DNA from: Promethearchaeota archaeon | GTDB lineage: Archaea > Asgardarchaeota > Lokiarchaeia > Sigyniarchaeales > SOKP01 | Reading direction: 5' to 3' | Length of the DNA stretch: 64,000 bases | Assembly: GCA_048938895.1 (NCBI GenBank) | Contig: JBHLLU010000022.1 | Coordinates: forward strand, 1-64,000 | Shown here: positions 9,574 to 19,777 of the stretch, piece after piece | How positions within the stretch are numbered: the first letter of the stretch is position 1 | Layout: the number at the start of each line of letters is the position of its first letter | Translations under genes and position numbers: made by a program | Notes under the pieces: model-generated | Seen by the model: only the letters and a program-made list of their open reading frames with translations | Told to the model about the DNA's origin: nothing | Database searches by the model: none

Positions 9574-10948
9574 TAGTATGTTTATTTAAAAATCTCATTC
9601 TTTCTATCAATAGACTTATTGCATAAGCAGCATCATGTGGTGTGAAAAAGATTGTTGTTTTTTCTTGTCTTGAATGTTCTCGTAAACTCTTAAATTCTTC
9701 ACTAAATAAAATAAGTGGTATTAAAGGTTTCTTTCTTCCGGTATCATTCCAAGCACGTATAATTCCTCTATAATGTTCATCTGATTTCATTTCTAGGAAT
9801 GGGGGGATAACAACACAAGCAACAACTATATCTATATTATTATCTTCTAGCATAAGTTTAGTGATATTATAATATGTTGATTCATCAGCACCCCCAATCA
9901 TATCAAGGGGATTTACCAGTTTAACAAGTGATATTAAATAAGGTGCTATTTTTTGCTTAAATTCTTCTGAGAAGATACCAATTTTTAATTCAAAATCTTC
10001 TGCTGTATCACTAAATAGTACTGAGCTTCCACCACTATTAGTAAGCACACCTATTCTCTCTCCTTTAGGAATAGGTAAATATGAAAATGTCTTAAGAGCA
10101 GTTATAAAATCAGTCACGTTCTCAGTCAATACAGCCCCTGCTTGATTTACGGATGTTTTTAGCATTTTATAATCAGTTGCTATTGAGCCTGTATGACTAC
10201 TCGCAGCTCTCATGCCAAAATTAGTTCTTCCCCCTTTTAGTACTACAATAGGCTTTATATATACAACTTCTTTAAGTATTTTTAAAAAATCTTTACCGTT
10301 TTCAATAGTCTCCATATAAATACAGATAATGTGAGTATTTTCATCCTTACTATAAAAATTTAAAATTTCATTAAAAGAAACATCAATATTATTACCAATA
10401 TTAGCAAATTTTGAACAGCCAATGTATTCTCGTTCCATAGCATAAAAACTTGCACATCCAAAGGAACCAGATTGACTTATCATACTAACATCTCCTGTGG
10501 GTGCAGTTTGAATAAATGAAGCATTTAAATCTATATCTAAATTCTGGATTCCTACACAATTTGGACCCATTATACGGATACCTGCTTCATTACATCTTAA
10601 GGCTATCTCCTTTTCTCTTTTCTTTCCTTCTTCATTTATTTCGCCAAAACCAGCAGTGATAATAATAATGCCCTTAACTTTTTTCTCGATACATTCATCA
10701 ATGACCTGATTTATAACTTTAGCAGGAACTAAAATTATAGCAACATCTATTTCTTCTTCAATATCTAAAATAGATTTATTGCAATTTAAACCAGCTATTT
10801 CCTGAGTTTTACTAGAAACAAGGTATACTTTAGTTTGAAGATTCTTATTTTTAAGAATGTTAATAGTAACAGCATTACCGAATTTCTTCGGGTTATTAGT
10901 GGCACCTATTACTGCAATAGCCTTAGGGTAAAAGAAAAAAGAAACCAT
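9560..10948 (-). CDS. acdA: ADP-forming acyl-CoA synthetase, alpha subunit
   Basis: PKAIAVIGA, IMGPNCVG, SQSGSFG, ASSHTGS (phospho-His), TNSGG, NPLDM; start moved to ATG 10948 (GAGGAGG RBS, avoids iorA overlap). Confidence 0.85.
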   Translation of the reverse strand: MVSFFFYPKAIAVIGATNNPKKFGNAVTINILKNKNLQTKVYLVSSKTQEIAGLNCNKSILDIEEEIDVAIILVPAKVINQVIDECIEKKVKGIIIITAGFGEINEEGKKREKEIALRCNEAGIRIMGPNCVGIQNLDIDLNASFIQTAPTGDVSMISQSGSFGCASFYAMEREYIGCSKFANIGNNIDVSFNEILNFYSKDENTHIICIYMETIENGKDFLKILKEVVYIKPIVVLKGGRTNFGMRAASSHTGSIATDYKMLKTSVNQAGAVLTENVTDFITALKTFSYLPIPKGERIGVLTNSGGSSVLFSDTAEDFELKIGIFSEEFKQKIAPYLISLVKLVNPLDMIGGADESTYYNITKLMLEDNNIDIVVACVVIPPFLEMKSDEHYRGIIRAWNDTGRKKPLIPLILFSEEFKSLREHSRQEKTTIFFTPHDAAYAISLLIERMRFLNKHTTNLQ

Positions 10949-10952
10949 CTTG

Positions 10953-12857
10953 TTACAATTCCTCCTCATAGATAGCATCATGAATGCACACGTCAATACA
11001 AACTTTACACCCTCTGCAGGTGTTCTGTTCAATTTGTGCTTTTTTACTATTATCATCAAAAATAATTGAAGGGCAACCAAAGTTATTAACGCATATTAGA
11101 CAACCTTTACATTTCTCGGGATCAACTCTGACATGTGGAGGACTAATTTGTTTTGATTTAAATTCATTTAACTCCACTAAAGAGCATGTGTGTCTAGAAA
11201 TAAAAACTCGGACACCTTTAGTCTTCACAGCTTCCTCTAATTTTTTTATCATTTCTGAGAGATTGTTAGAATCCTCCACCCATAAATTTTCAGTTAACAC
11301 ACCACATCCTTTTACTAGATCTTCTATGTTTACTTTTGTGCCTTGCTCCTTTGTAATTTTAATTCCCGTCCCCGGATTATCTTGAAATCCAGTCATACTT
11401 GTGGATCTATTGTCTAAGATCATTACTAAAATATCATTTTGATTATGAACTGCGTTTATTAGTGCAGGTATGCCTGAATGAAAGAAGGTAGAATCTCCTA
11501 AAATAGCTAAAACTGGATTCTTCTTAGATTGTATTTTTGAAATTCCATTTGCAAGCCCTATTGAACCTCCCATGCAAATTTCTGTATCTAAACCCTCAAG
11601 AGGTTTGTAAACAGCTAAAGTATAACATCCAATGTCAGAGGAATTTACAAATTTGGTTTCTAGTTTTTTTTCTACTTGTTTTAATGCATAAAAACTAGCA
11701 CGGTGAGAACACCCAGGGCACAAAATAGGAAGTCGTGGGGGCATAATTATCAGGTTATCTGGAATTGGAATTCTATTATATTCTAAATCCATCAAATCGG
11801 CAACATTTTCCAAATAAAGCTCAGCTGAAAACTCTCCATTACATGGGAACATATCTTTACCATGAATTTCGATTTCTTTAGATAATCCTTCATCAAATGC
11901 TATTTGTTTCAATATATTTTCTATGAATGGTTCCAGTTCTTCGACTACGAGAATTTTATCGACTGAAGAAAATAATTTTCTAATCAATCCTTTTGGAGGA
12001 GGGTATACCATACCTAATTTTAGAATTGAAACATCATTTTTAATGCCAAAAAAATTAAGCGTATCCAATAACTGAGAATATGGAACTCCTGCTGAAACAA
12101 AACCAATTCGCTTTCCATGAAATCTCTTTTTTGACATTTGAAGGGAATTATATGGAAAATTATCCGCTATTTCGGATATATCCTTCAATCTTTCTAGTAA
12201 ATTAAGACGAAGGACGCGTGAATGTGAGGGTAAACATACCCAGCGAGATCTATCCCAATCAAAACCATATTCTCGATTAACTTCTTCAATCTCCCCAAGT
12301 ATTACATCACCTCTACCATGATTTAGTCTAGTAGTTGTCCGAAATAATACTACTGTTTGAAATTTTTCAGAGAATTTGAATGCATATTTAATTAAATCCT
12401 TCGCTTCCTGAGGTGTTGAGGGCTCAAAAACAGGCACCAAGGCATGTAATCCAAAGTAGCGATTATCTTGCTCATTTTGTGAAGAATAACAATTTGGATC
12501 ATCAGCAGAGACTAGTACCATTCCTCCTCTTGCTCCCGCATAAGCTGCTGTCATAAAAGCATCTGATGCTACGTTAACGCCAACATGTTTCATACATACT
12601 ACTGCACGCGCATTAGACATCGAACCCCCGTATGCTACTTCAAATGCAACTTTTTCATTTATACTCCATTCTATCTTAAGATGGGGGAAATATGGATGTA
12701 TGTCTGCTAGAGTAGATAAAATCTCGGATGATGGTGTTCCAGGATATCCCGCACCGATAATAACCCCGGCTTCTAATATTCCACGTGCTATTGCTTCATT
12801 ACCTAAAAGAATCACATGACTACCAGGATTGCTAACGGCAAAATGTGGTAAACTCAT
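10953..12857 (-). CDS. iorA: Indolepyruvate:ferredoxin oxidoreductase alpha subunit
   Basis: LLGNEAIARG, GYPGTPSSEI, NEKVAFE, MKHVGVNVA, SSQNEQDNR, LCPGCSHR, DIGCYTL, GDSTFFHSG, C-terminal ferredoxin. Confidence 0.95.
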   Translation of the reverse strand: MSLPHFAVSNPGSHVILLGNEAIARGILEAGVIIGAGYPGTPSSEILSTLADIHPYFPHLKIEWSINEKVAFEVAYGGSMSNARAVVCMKHVGVNVASDAFMTAAYAGARGGMVLVSADDPNCYSSQNEQDNRYFGLHALVPVFEPSTPQEAKDLIKYAFKFSEKFQTVVLFRTTTRLNHGRGDVILGEIEEVNREYGFDWDRSRWVCLPSHSRVLRLNLLERLKDISEIADNFPYNSLQMSKKRFHGKRIGFVSAGVPYSQLLDTLNFFGIKNDVSILKLGMVYPPPKGLIRKLFSSVDKILVVEELEPFIENILKQIAFDEGLSKEIEIHGKDMFPCNGEFSAELYLENVADLMDLEYNRIPIPDNLIIMPPRLPILCPGCSHRASFYALKQVEKKLETKFVNSSDIGCYTLAVYKPLEGLDTEICMGGSIGLANGISKIQSKKNPVLAILGDSTFFHSGIPALINAVHNQNDILVMILDNRSTSMTGFQDNPGTGIKITKEQGTKVNIEDLVKGCGVLTENLWVEDSNNLSEMIKKLEEAVKTKGVRVFISRHTCSLVELNEFKSKQISPPHVRVDPEKCKGCLICVNNFGCPSIIFDDNSKKAQIEQNTCRGCKVCIDVCIHDAIYEEEL

Positions 12858-13471
12858 TTCATTTCCTCTCTTATTAACTTACCCTTTTCTATTCCGCTAT
12901 TAAAGGCGATCCTATTAATTTCTTGAACTTTTCTGGGTATAAATCTTCTTATAGAATTTTCAAGAGTTTCTTGTTTAATTGGTAATTTTTTTGTTCCCAT
13001 TAAAACACCTAACATATATGTATTAAGAGTACGAACATCTCCTGCATTTAATGCCTCTTTATGTCCATTAATGAGAAAGACTTTTGAGGAGATTTGTTTA
13101 AGAAAGGATTTTATTGATTCAAGATCGGGGTAATCCATACTCATTAATTGAACTGAAGGTGGAACAAAGATTTTATTATTAATAAGGAAAATTGTATTTG
13201 AATCGGCATATCTGAAGTTACGAACGGCCTCACTAGCTTCAAGAGCTATAATAATTTGAGAGCTTCCGCTTGGGATTAAAGGACCTTCAACATCACTACC
13301 AAATCTAAGAAAAGATGAAACAGAACCCCCTCTTTGGGCCATTCCATGAGTTTCAGCAGTACGTACTTTGTAATTTTCTAATAAAGCTGCCCAAGCAAGA
13401 ATTTGTACCGCTCTAATAACACCTTGACCACCGGTTCCAACGATCAATAGGTTAAAACTCTTAATTTCCAT
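12854..13471 (-). CDS. iorB: Indolepyruvate:ferredoxin oxidoreductase beta subunit
   Basis: GTGGQGVI, ETHGMAQRGGSV; 4-bp overlap with iorA. Confidence 0.95.
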   Translation of the reverse strand: MEIKSFNLLIVGTGGQGVIRAVQILAWAALLENYKVRTAETHGMAQRGGSVSSFLRFGSDVEGPLIPSGSSQIIIALEASEAVRNFRYADSNTIFLINNKIFVPPSVQLMSMDYPDLESIKSFLKQISSKVFLINGHKEALNAGDVRTLNTYMLGVLMGTKKLPIKQETLENSIRRFIPRKVQEINRIAFNSGIEKGKLIREEMK

Positions 13472-13685
13472 AGGACTTTGATATAATTACCTTTAATAAT
13501 TAAAATTATATATAGTTCTACTTAATTAGTAGTTTTTAATTAACTTATAGATGATCAATTATAATGGGAATGTTCTCCCATGATATAATCCTAAAATTAG
13601 AGAATATGAGTGAATACAACTCAAGATAGTCAATGCTTCAAAATATTAAAGATAAAAAGAAAAAAATGAAAGAGATTTGAAAAAA

Positions 13686-14204
13686 TTAGCTAATAATTCT
13701 ACCCAATTCTTTCCTTGATTTTTTAGTTTTTTCATTAGTTATGTAAAATCCAATAAAGTATGCGATCAGGGCAATTACAAACATGATAATCGCAGAAAGA
13801 TAGAACCATCTTCCTAATTCTCCCATAATATCCATAATTATCCATTTTAATAACCATGTAGCTATTCCACCGACAATTACAAACACAATGTCGAAAAACG
13901 CATTTATAAAGGTATCTTTTCTATTTTCATATTTTACTCCTAATTTCCAGAGAACAGTATTTTCAAAGATTTCCCATGCAATACCTACAATAATCACAAA
14001 AATTAATATAAAATACCATGGTAATGTTGCAGGTCCTACATAAAGTTCCCAAAGTGTTATAATCAACGAAAAAATTGAAAAAGCTCCAATTCCAAATGCA
14101 ATATGCCCCCAACTATAATAATCCAAGGGAGATCTACCGACATAGTCTTCAAGAACTCCCACAAATGGAACATAATGGTTTTTCTCAGATCCTTCACTTG
14201 ACAT
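13686..14204 (-). CDS. Integral membrane protein, DUF2585-like
   Basis: 4 TM; DYYSWGH..G, WEIFEN, DTFIN...D polar intramembrane motif; likely start MSSEG with AGAGGA upstream. Confidence 0.65.
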   Translation of the reverse strand: MSSEGSEKNHYVPFVGVLEDYVGRSPLDYYSWGHIAFGIGAFSIFSLIITLWELYVGPATLPWYFILIFVIIVGIAWEIFENTVLWKLGVKYENRKDTFINAFFDIVFVIVGGIATWLLKWIIMDIMGELGRWFYLSAIIMFVIALIAYFIGFYITNEKTKKSRKELGRIIS

Positions 14205-14807
14205 GTTCAAACATCCTCTTAATGGTGATCCAAACAAAACTTATATTATTTTTAAAGTGAATATAAGAATCAAATAGATTCTAATCAATTTATATTTGTT
14301 CTTGCTTCAGAAAATTTTATTTAGCAACTGGAAAAAAAAAATATTTCTTAATATATACGTTAAATATTTTGCCATTTAGATGTTAAAAAAAATGTGCGAT
14401 AATTTTAGAATCATCTTAAATTTTCACTATATATCTTCATCCTCGTTTGTTTCCTTAAATATTTTTCTGTTTTGAATGCAAATCTAAGATTTTTAATGAT
14501 TTTAAACGAATTTTTTCAAGTTCATCCTTATTAAGTTCTTAATAAAATTTTAATTAGTTTCTGATCAAAAACTTTAGAAAAACTTTTAAATTAAAAATTC
14601 GGTTAATATTTTTCAAAAAAAGCTTTTTTATTCCTCTATTTTTCATGAAAAATTTTTTTTATTCATTAAATTTATGAACTCTTTTAGCTTTTATTTTTAA
14701 AATAAGGATGTAATAAAGAAATATTAAATTCTTAATCTCATTATAGTATTATAGCGATAAAATTTACTGAATAATAGAATAGAACGTTCATAAAATTGAC
14801 GATTTGT

Positions 14808-14822
14808 CGAAAGATTTATTAG
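14808..14822 (+). promoter_or_regulatory. Archaeal BRE + TATA box with no downstream ORF
   Basis: CGAAAGA-TTTATTAG about 25 nt upstream of a structured element. Confidence 0.45.
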
Positions 14823-14844
14823 GATAGGTTGCTAGTTATGTAAC

Positions 14845-14951
14845 AGAAAAAAAAGTTATTTTTTTTCTTGTAATGGAATGTTCTTTTTTAGCCCATAATT
14901 TATTCCTCCACAAGAATTTGACTAAAAATTCATTCCATTACTTTTTTTTCT
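14845..14951. ncRNA. Candidate structured small RNA or terminator element
   Basis: Perfect 11-bp stem GTAATGGAATG (14870-14880)/CATTCCATTAC (14931-14941), inner TTTTTAG/CTAAAAA stem, end-pairing AGAAAAAAAAG/CTTTTTTTTCT, T8 tract. Confidence 0.45.
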
Positions 14952-15061
14952 ATTATTCTCAAATTTATCTTATTTATTTTATGTAATCTCTATAATATTA
15001 TAAGATCATTTCCATTTAGGTGTGGAGTAGATAATCATCTGAGGAAGCAAGAAATATAGAA

Positions 15062-16264
15062 TCAACTAGACTCCGATTTTACCCTTTTTATTTCTTCTAT
15101 AAGTGCTGGAATGATTTCATGGAGATCTCCGATAATACAATAATGAGCTATTTTAAAAATAGGAGCCTTGCGATCCTTATTTATTGCAATAATTATTTCA
15201 GAATTTTGCATTCCTACTAGATGCTGAATTGCACCAGAAATTCCACATGCTATATACAATTTAGGTGAAACTGTTTTACCAGTTTGCCCTATCTGTCTAT
15301 CCTGTTCTAACCAGTTTAATTCAACAGTAACTCGTGAACCACCTAGTTCAGCACCTAAAACTTCTGCTAGTTCTTCAACTATTTTAAATTTTTCTCTGGA
15401 TCCTACTCCTCTACCACCAGCAACAATAATTTTTGCATCCTCTAGATTTACTCTTGCTTTTTGTCTGTCAATGACTCTGACAATTTTAGAAACCAAATCT
15501 TTTTCTCTGAATTTATAATCAATTTTAATAATATGGGATACTTTCTTTTGTTTTTCCAATACTTTAAAGATTCCTGGCCTCACTGTTGCCATTTGTGGTC
15601 TACTATTAGGGGTTCTTATTGTTGCCATTAAAGTTCCCCCAAAAGTTGGTCGAGTTTGTAATAAATTTCTTGTAGTCTGATCAATTTCTAATCCTGTGCA
15701 ATCTGCTGTAAGACCAGCATTGAGTCTTTTTGCCACTCTGGGAGCAAAATCTCTTCCAGTAGGAGTAGCTCCAATTAATACAATTTCAGGTTTATGTATA
15801 TTGATTAATTCTGATAATACTTGAACATAAATATCTGAATAATAATGTTTTAAAATGGGAGATTCAAGGTAAATTATTTCATCTGGTCCATAATGACTTA
15901 GTTCTTCTACCTGATCATCGAATTCAGTACCCAAAATAACCAGAGTTAACTTTACCTCTAACTCTTTTGCTAATTCATACCCTTTTCCTAATATTTGAAA
16001 GACTACAGGATGAATAGTGTTTTTATAATGTTCTGCAATCACCCAAACTCCCCTAAATTGAGAAAGGTCTAATTTTTGAGTATGAAATTCTTTTCTTTCA
16101 ATTAAAATGGCATTTACAGGACATGCATCTAAGCAACTACCACAGAAATTACAGCTTTCAGTTATAACTGCTTTATAATCTATTATTTCAATTCCCACAA
16201 ACGGACAAATATCAACGCAACTTCCGCATCCTGTACAAAGTTCATCATCGATAAATATACTCAT
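15062..16264 (-). CDS. etfA: Electron transfer flavoprotein alpha subunit with N-terminal 2x[4Fe-4S] ferredoxin domain
   Basis: CTGCGSCVDICP, CNFCGSCLDACP; GLTADCT, RPQMATVRP, QIGQTGKTVSP, GISGAIQH; likely start MSIFID at 16264. Confidence 0.95.
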   Translation of the reverse strand: MSIFIDDELCTGCGSCVDICPFVGIEIIDYKAVITESCNFCGSCLDACPVNAILIERKEFHTQKLDLSQFRGVWVIAEHYKNTIHPVVFQILGKGYELAKELEVKLTLVILGTEFDDQVEELSHYGPDEIIYLESPILKHYYSDIYVQVLSELINIHKPEIVLIGATPTGRDFAPRVAKRLNAGLTADCTGLEIDQTTRNLLQTRPTFGGTLMATIRTPNSRPQMATVRPGIFKVLEKQKKVSHIIKIDYKFREKDLVSKIVRVIDRQKARVNLEDAKIIVAGGRGVGSREKFKIVEELAEVLGAELGGSRVTVELNWLEQDRQIGQTGKTVSPKLYIACGISGAIQHLVGMQNSEIIIAINKDRKAPIFKIAHYCIIGDLHEIIPALIEEIKRVKSESS

Positions 16265-16277
16265 AAAAATTTTTCTC

Positions 16278-17084
16278 CTAGAGAATTTTATCATTCTTTA
16301 AATGCAAACATAATTCTTTAGCAATTTCTTCTTTATTACCTTTAAGAATTATTTGCTCCTCTTTTCTTTCTGGTACAAACATCTTCCAAACTTCAGTCAT
16401 TGAGCCCTTTAATCCTATTTTCGATTTATTAGGATTTAATAATTCGGCATTTAGAAATATTACTTCTTTCTTTGAATATGCATCTACAATACCAGAAACT
16501 TTTGGATGTCTTGGGTGATTTATCTCCTTTAAGACTGATATCAGTGCAGGTAGATTAGATCTAATGATAACAATTTCTTCAGTCCTAAATATTCTTTCAA
16601 CAATAATCTCATTTTCTTTTAGTTCAAACTTTTGGACATAAGTAATTTGTGGAATGCCTAACTCCTCTGCTAATTCTGGTCCCACTTGTCCTGTATCACC
16701 ATCTATTGCTTGCGCACCACAAATAACAAGATAATTTCTCTTATCTTTATAATCCTTTAATATTTTTTTTATCGCTAGAGATAATGTATAAGATGTTGCT
16801 AAAGTATCGGCTCCTGCAAATTTTCTATCTGTTAATAAATAGGCTTTATCTGCGCCCATTGCTAGTGCTTCTCTTAAAATTTCTTCTGCTTGTGGAGGGC
16901 CCATGCTTATTGCTATTACTTCAGCACCATGTTCTTCTTTAATTGTTAATGCTAATTCTATAGCATTTCTATCAAAAGGATTCGTAATTGACGGAATACC
17001 TTCTCTTATAAGATTATTAGTCTTAGGATCTATTCTTACTTCAGCCACTCCTGGTACTTGTTTGATACATACAAATATTATCAA
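16278..17084 (-). CDS. etfB: Electron transfer flavoprotein beta subunit
   Basis: VCIKQVP, NPFD, SMGPP, FAGADTLATS, AIDGDTGQVGP. Confidence 0.95.
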   Translation of the reverse strand: MIIFVCIKQVPGVAEVRIDPKTNNLIREGIPSITNPFDRNAIELALTIKEEHGAEVIAISMGPPQAEEILREALAMGADKAYLLTDRKFAGADTLATSYTLSLAIKKILKDYKDKRNYLVICGAQAIDGDTGQVGPELAEELGIPQITYVQKFELKENEIIVERIFRTEEIVIIRSNLPALISVLKEINHPRHPKVSGIVDAYSKKEVIFLNAELLNPNKSKIGLKGSMTEVWKMFVPERKEEQIILKGNKEEIAKELCLHLKNDKIL

Positions 17085-17189
17085 GATAGGATTCCAATTT
17101 ATTAATTATTTTTAAACCTATATTTGATTGTGTTTTAATAATCTTTTCTTATTAAAATAAAAAAGGCAGGGATATCTTTATATTCTATT

Positions 17190-18353
17190 CTATAGAATAT
17201 CTGGTCCTCTTCTTAAAAGCTGATTAGCAATTACTAATCTTTGTATTTCAGAAGTTCCTTCATAGATCTCACCCATCTTTGCGTCTCTGAAATATCTTTC
17301 TACTGCATATGCTTTCATTAGACCATAACCTCCATGAATTTGGACAGCACTATGTGCTGCTTGCATTGCTGCTTCAGATGCAACTAATTTTGCCATTGAA
17401 CTTGCTAAGCCATAGTTCATTCCTTTATCACACATATCTGCTGCTTTATAGGTTAATAATCTACCAGATTCAATAGCGCATACCATATCAGAGATTTTCC
17501 ATTGTATTCCTTGAAACCTCCCTATAGGTTGTCCAAATTGTACTCTTTCATTTGAATATTTTATAGATGCTTCGAGACATGCTTGACCTAAACCCACACA
17601 TTGAGCAGCAATAGAAATTCTACCAAAATCTAGAGTTTGCATTGCTAATTTAAAACCTTCCCCAAGTTTACCTAAAATATTTTCATGTGGAACACGAACA
17701 TCTTGAAAAACAAGCTCTGAAGTATCTGAAGCTCGGACTCCAAGTTTATCTTCTTTTACCCCAACGGAATAGCCTGGAGTATTTGTATCCACAATAAAAA
17801 TTGTTAGCTCTTTTCTGCTTCCCTTTGCTCCTGTTGTTGCTACTACTAACAAGGTTTCTGCGATTCCCCCATTTGTAGCAAAAATCTTAGATCCTCGTAA
17901 TATCCATTCATCACCATCCTTTTCAGCACTTAATTGAACACCAGCTGCATCTGAACCTGCATTAGCTTCTGTCAGGCAAAATGCTCCAATTTTATCACCT
18001 TTAGCCAGATCAATAAGAAACTTTTGTCTTTGGTCTTCAGTTCCGAATTTATAAATAGGGTATGCACAAACACTACAATGAACTCCTGTAGTAATACCCC
18101 ATGAAGCATCAGCTCGCCCAATTTCTTCAGTTACTATACAAAAACTTACGGTATCATCATGAAGACCTGCTCCACCATATTCTTCTGGGATACATGTCCC
18201 AAAATAATTCATTTCTTTCATTTTTTGAAATACTACTTCATCTAGCTTTGATTTTGCGTCACTTTCCTCTGCTTTCGGGACAATATATTCTTCAGCGAAT
18301 TCCCTAGTAATTTTCTTTAACATTTTTTGTTGTTCATTTAACGAAAAATCCAT
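17190..18353 (-). CDS. Acyl-CoA dehydrogenase (butyryl-CoA/short-chain type)
   Basis: FCLTEANAGSDA, KIFATNG, EDKLGVRAS, RVQFGQPI, QIHGGYG, EIYEGTSEIQR. Confidence 0.95.
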   Translation of the reverse strand: MDFSLNEQQKMLKKITREFAEEYIVPKAEESDAKSKLDEVVFQKMKEMNYFGTCIPEEYGGAGLHDDTVSFCIVTEEIGRADASWGITTGVHCSVCAYPIYKFGTEDQRQKFLIDLAKGDKIGAFCLTEANAGSDAAGVQLSAEKDGDEWILRGSKIFATNGGIAETLLVVATTGAKGSRKELTIFIVDTNTPGYSVGVKEDKLGVRASDTSELVFQDVRVPHENILGKLGEGFKLAMQTLDFGRISIAAQCVGLGQACLEASIKYSNERVQFGQPIGRFQGIQWKISDMVCAIESGRLLTYKAADMCDKGMNYGLASSMAKLVASEAAMQAAHSAVQIHGGYGLMKAYAVERYFRDAKMGEIYEGTSEIQRLVIANQLLRRGPDIL

Positions 18354-18553
18354 TTTTCTAGCTCTCTCAATAATAATTTAGATGTTATTATGAGTTCTAA
18401 ATAATGTAAAAATTAGTTAATGATGTTAATTATATTTTATCAATTCAGTTTGGGAAACATAAGAATTTTGAGATATTGTTGAAAATCTTTATATATTATT
18501 ATTACAATTTTAGAAATGCAATTATTAGAAATTCTAAGATAGAGTGAAAAACA

Positions 18554-19666
18554 ATGTCAGTTTCAAATAAAGATAAACTTAGTCCAGAAGTAAACGCACT
18601 TATAGAAGAGTTTCAAAAAATTCAGATGCAAGCTACAGTGGAGTTTTTAAAGATCAAAGAGAATCAAAACATCAATTTTCTTGAGCTTTATAATAAAATC
18701 ATGGAGGCAAATTCGCGTTGGGTTAATTCAAAAGGAAAAGATTTGACCCTCGATGCTCTTTATGATTTAACAACTCATGAAGAAAGAGATTTTCTCTCTA
18801 GATTTTTACAATCAATTTTCGATTATATGGCAGATATAGAAGAAAAAAACAATCCTCTCCCTAAAGACATTAAAATAGAGCAAGTTTCAGTGGAAGGAGT
18901 CCCTGTTGAATGGCAAATTGTATCTAATGCAAGAGAAGATAAAGTTTTGTTATATTTCCATGGAGGTGGTATGGTTATAGGCTCTCCTAGAGCTTCACGA
19001 TATTTTACTGTAGCCCTAGGACAAGCTACAAAGATGAGGGTTTTAAGTGTGGATTATCGTCTTGCTCCCAAATATCCACATCCTGCGGGTCAAGAAGATT
19101 GTGTAAAGGTGTATAATTGGCTTCTATCATCGGGGATAAAGCCTAAAAACATAATAATAGGTGGTCTCTCAGCGGGAGGTTTTTATACTCTTACAACACT
19201 TTTGAGATTACGAGATGATAATATAGCATTACCATTAGGAGCACTATGTCTTTCACCTGGTGTTGATTTAAGAATAGATGAAATTGATGATTCATTTTTT
19301 GAAAATGCTAAAACAGACCCAATCTTAGCCGATAGCGGTTTATTATTATTTTGTTTACCCGCTTATTTAGATGGGAAAGATCCTGACGATCCCTTGATTT
19401 CTCCAATAACCGCAGATTTGAATGGATTGCCACCAATACTGATCCAGGCAAGTTCATGTGAAATGTTGTATAGTGGGTGTAAGAAACTTTTTAATAAAGC
19501 AGAAGCTGCTGGAGTAGACGTCACCTTAGAGACTTGGGACGATGTACCTCATGGATTTCACGTTTTTGGATTGAATGTTTTACCTGAATCAAAAGAAGCT
19601 ATAGATCACATTAAAAACTTTGTTGAAAAGTTGTTTAAGGAAGAGGAAGTTCTTCAAATTCAATAA
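18554..19666 (+). CDS. Alpha/beta hydrolase, HSL-family esterase/lipase
   Basis: YFHGGG, VDYRLAP, GLSAGG nucleophile elbow, HGFH. Confidence 0.9.
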   Translation: MSVSNKDKLSPEVNALIEEFQKIQMQATVEFLKIKENQNINFLELYNKIMEANSRWVNSKGKDLTLDALYDLTTHEERDFLSRFLQSIFDYMADIEEKNNPLPKDIKIEQVSVEGVPVEWQIVSNAREDKVLLYFHGGGMVIGSPRASRYFTVALGQATKMRVLSVDYRLAPKYPHPAGQEDCVKVYNWLLSSGIKPKNIIIGGLSAGGFYTLTTLLRLRDDNIALPLGALCLSPGVDLRIDEIDDSFFENAKTDPILADSGLLLFCLPAYLDGKDPDDPLISPITADLNGLPPILIQASSCEMLYSGCKKLFNKAEAAGVDVTLETWDDVPHGFHVFGLNVLPESKEAIDHIKNFVEKLFKEEEVLQIQ

Positions 19667-19777
19667 GTAACTATTTTTTTTTTTACATTATGATGTTATT
19701 CCTTCTAATTTGATAAAGATTTATATATTAAAAGGAAGTATCTTGCTTTATACAATTATTAACTCTCCTGAAAAATT

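Noticed and set aside
10949-11080. 44-aa N-terminal extension of acdA in the ORF track
   Set aside because: Overlaps iorA by over 120 nt; homology and the RBS begin at ATG 10948.
14455-14538. Minus-strand ELNKDELEKIRLKSLKILD resembling the MttB N-terminus
   Set aside because: Under 30 codons, bounded by stops, no start; could be chance in AT-rich DNA.
14870-14941. Eukaryote-like SECIS on the minus strand (AUGA, 9-bp helix, AA, mini-stem, GA) downstream of etfA, which ends in TGA
   Set aside because: The AUG is more stably paired in the perfect 11-bp stem, all EtfA Fe-S ligands are Cys, and read-through of the TGA gives no selenoprotein-like motif. Kept only as a generic structured element.
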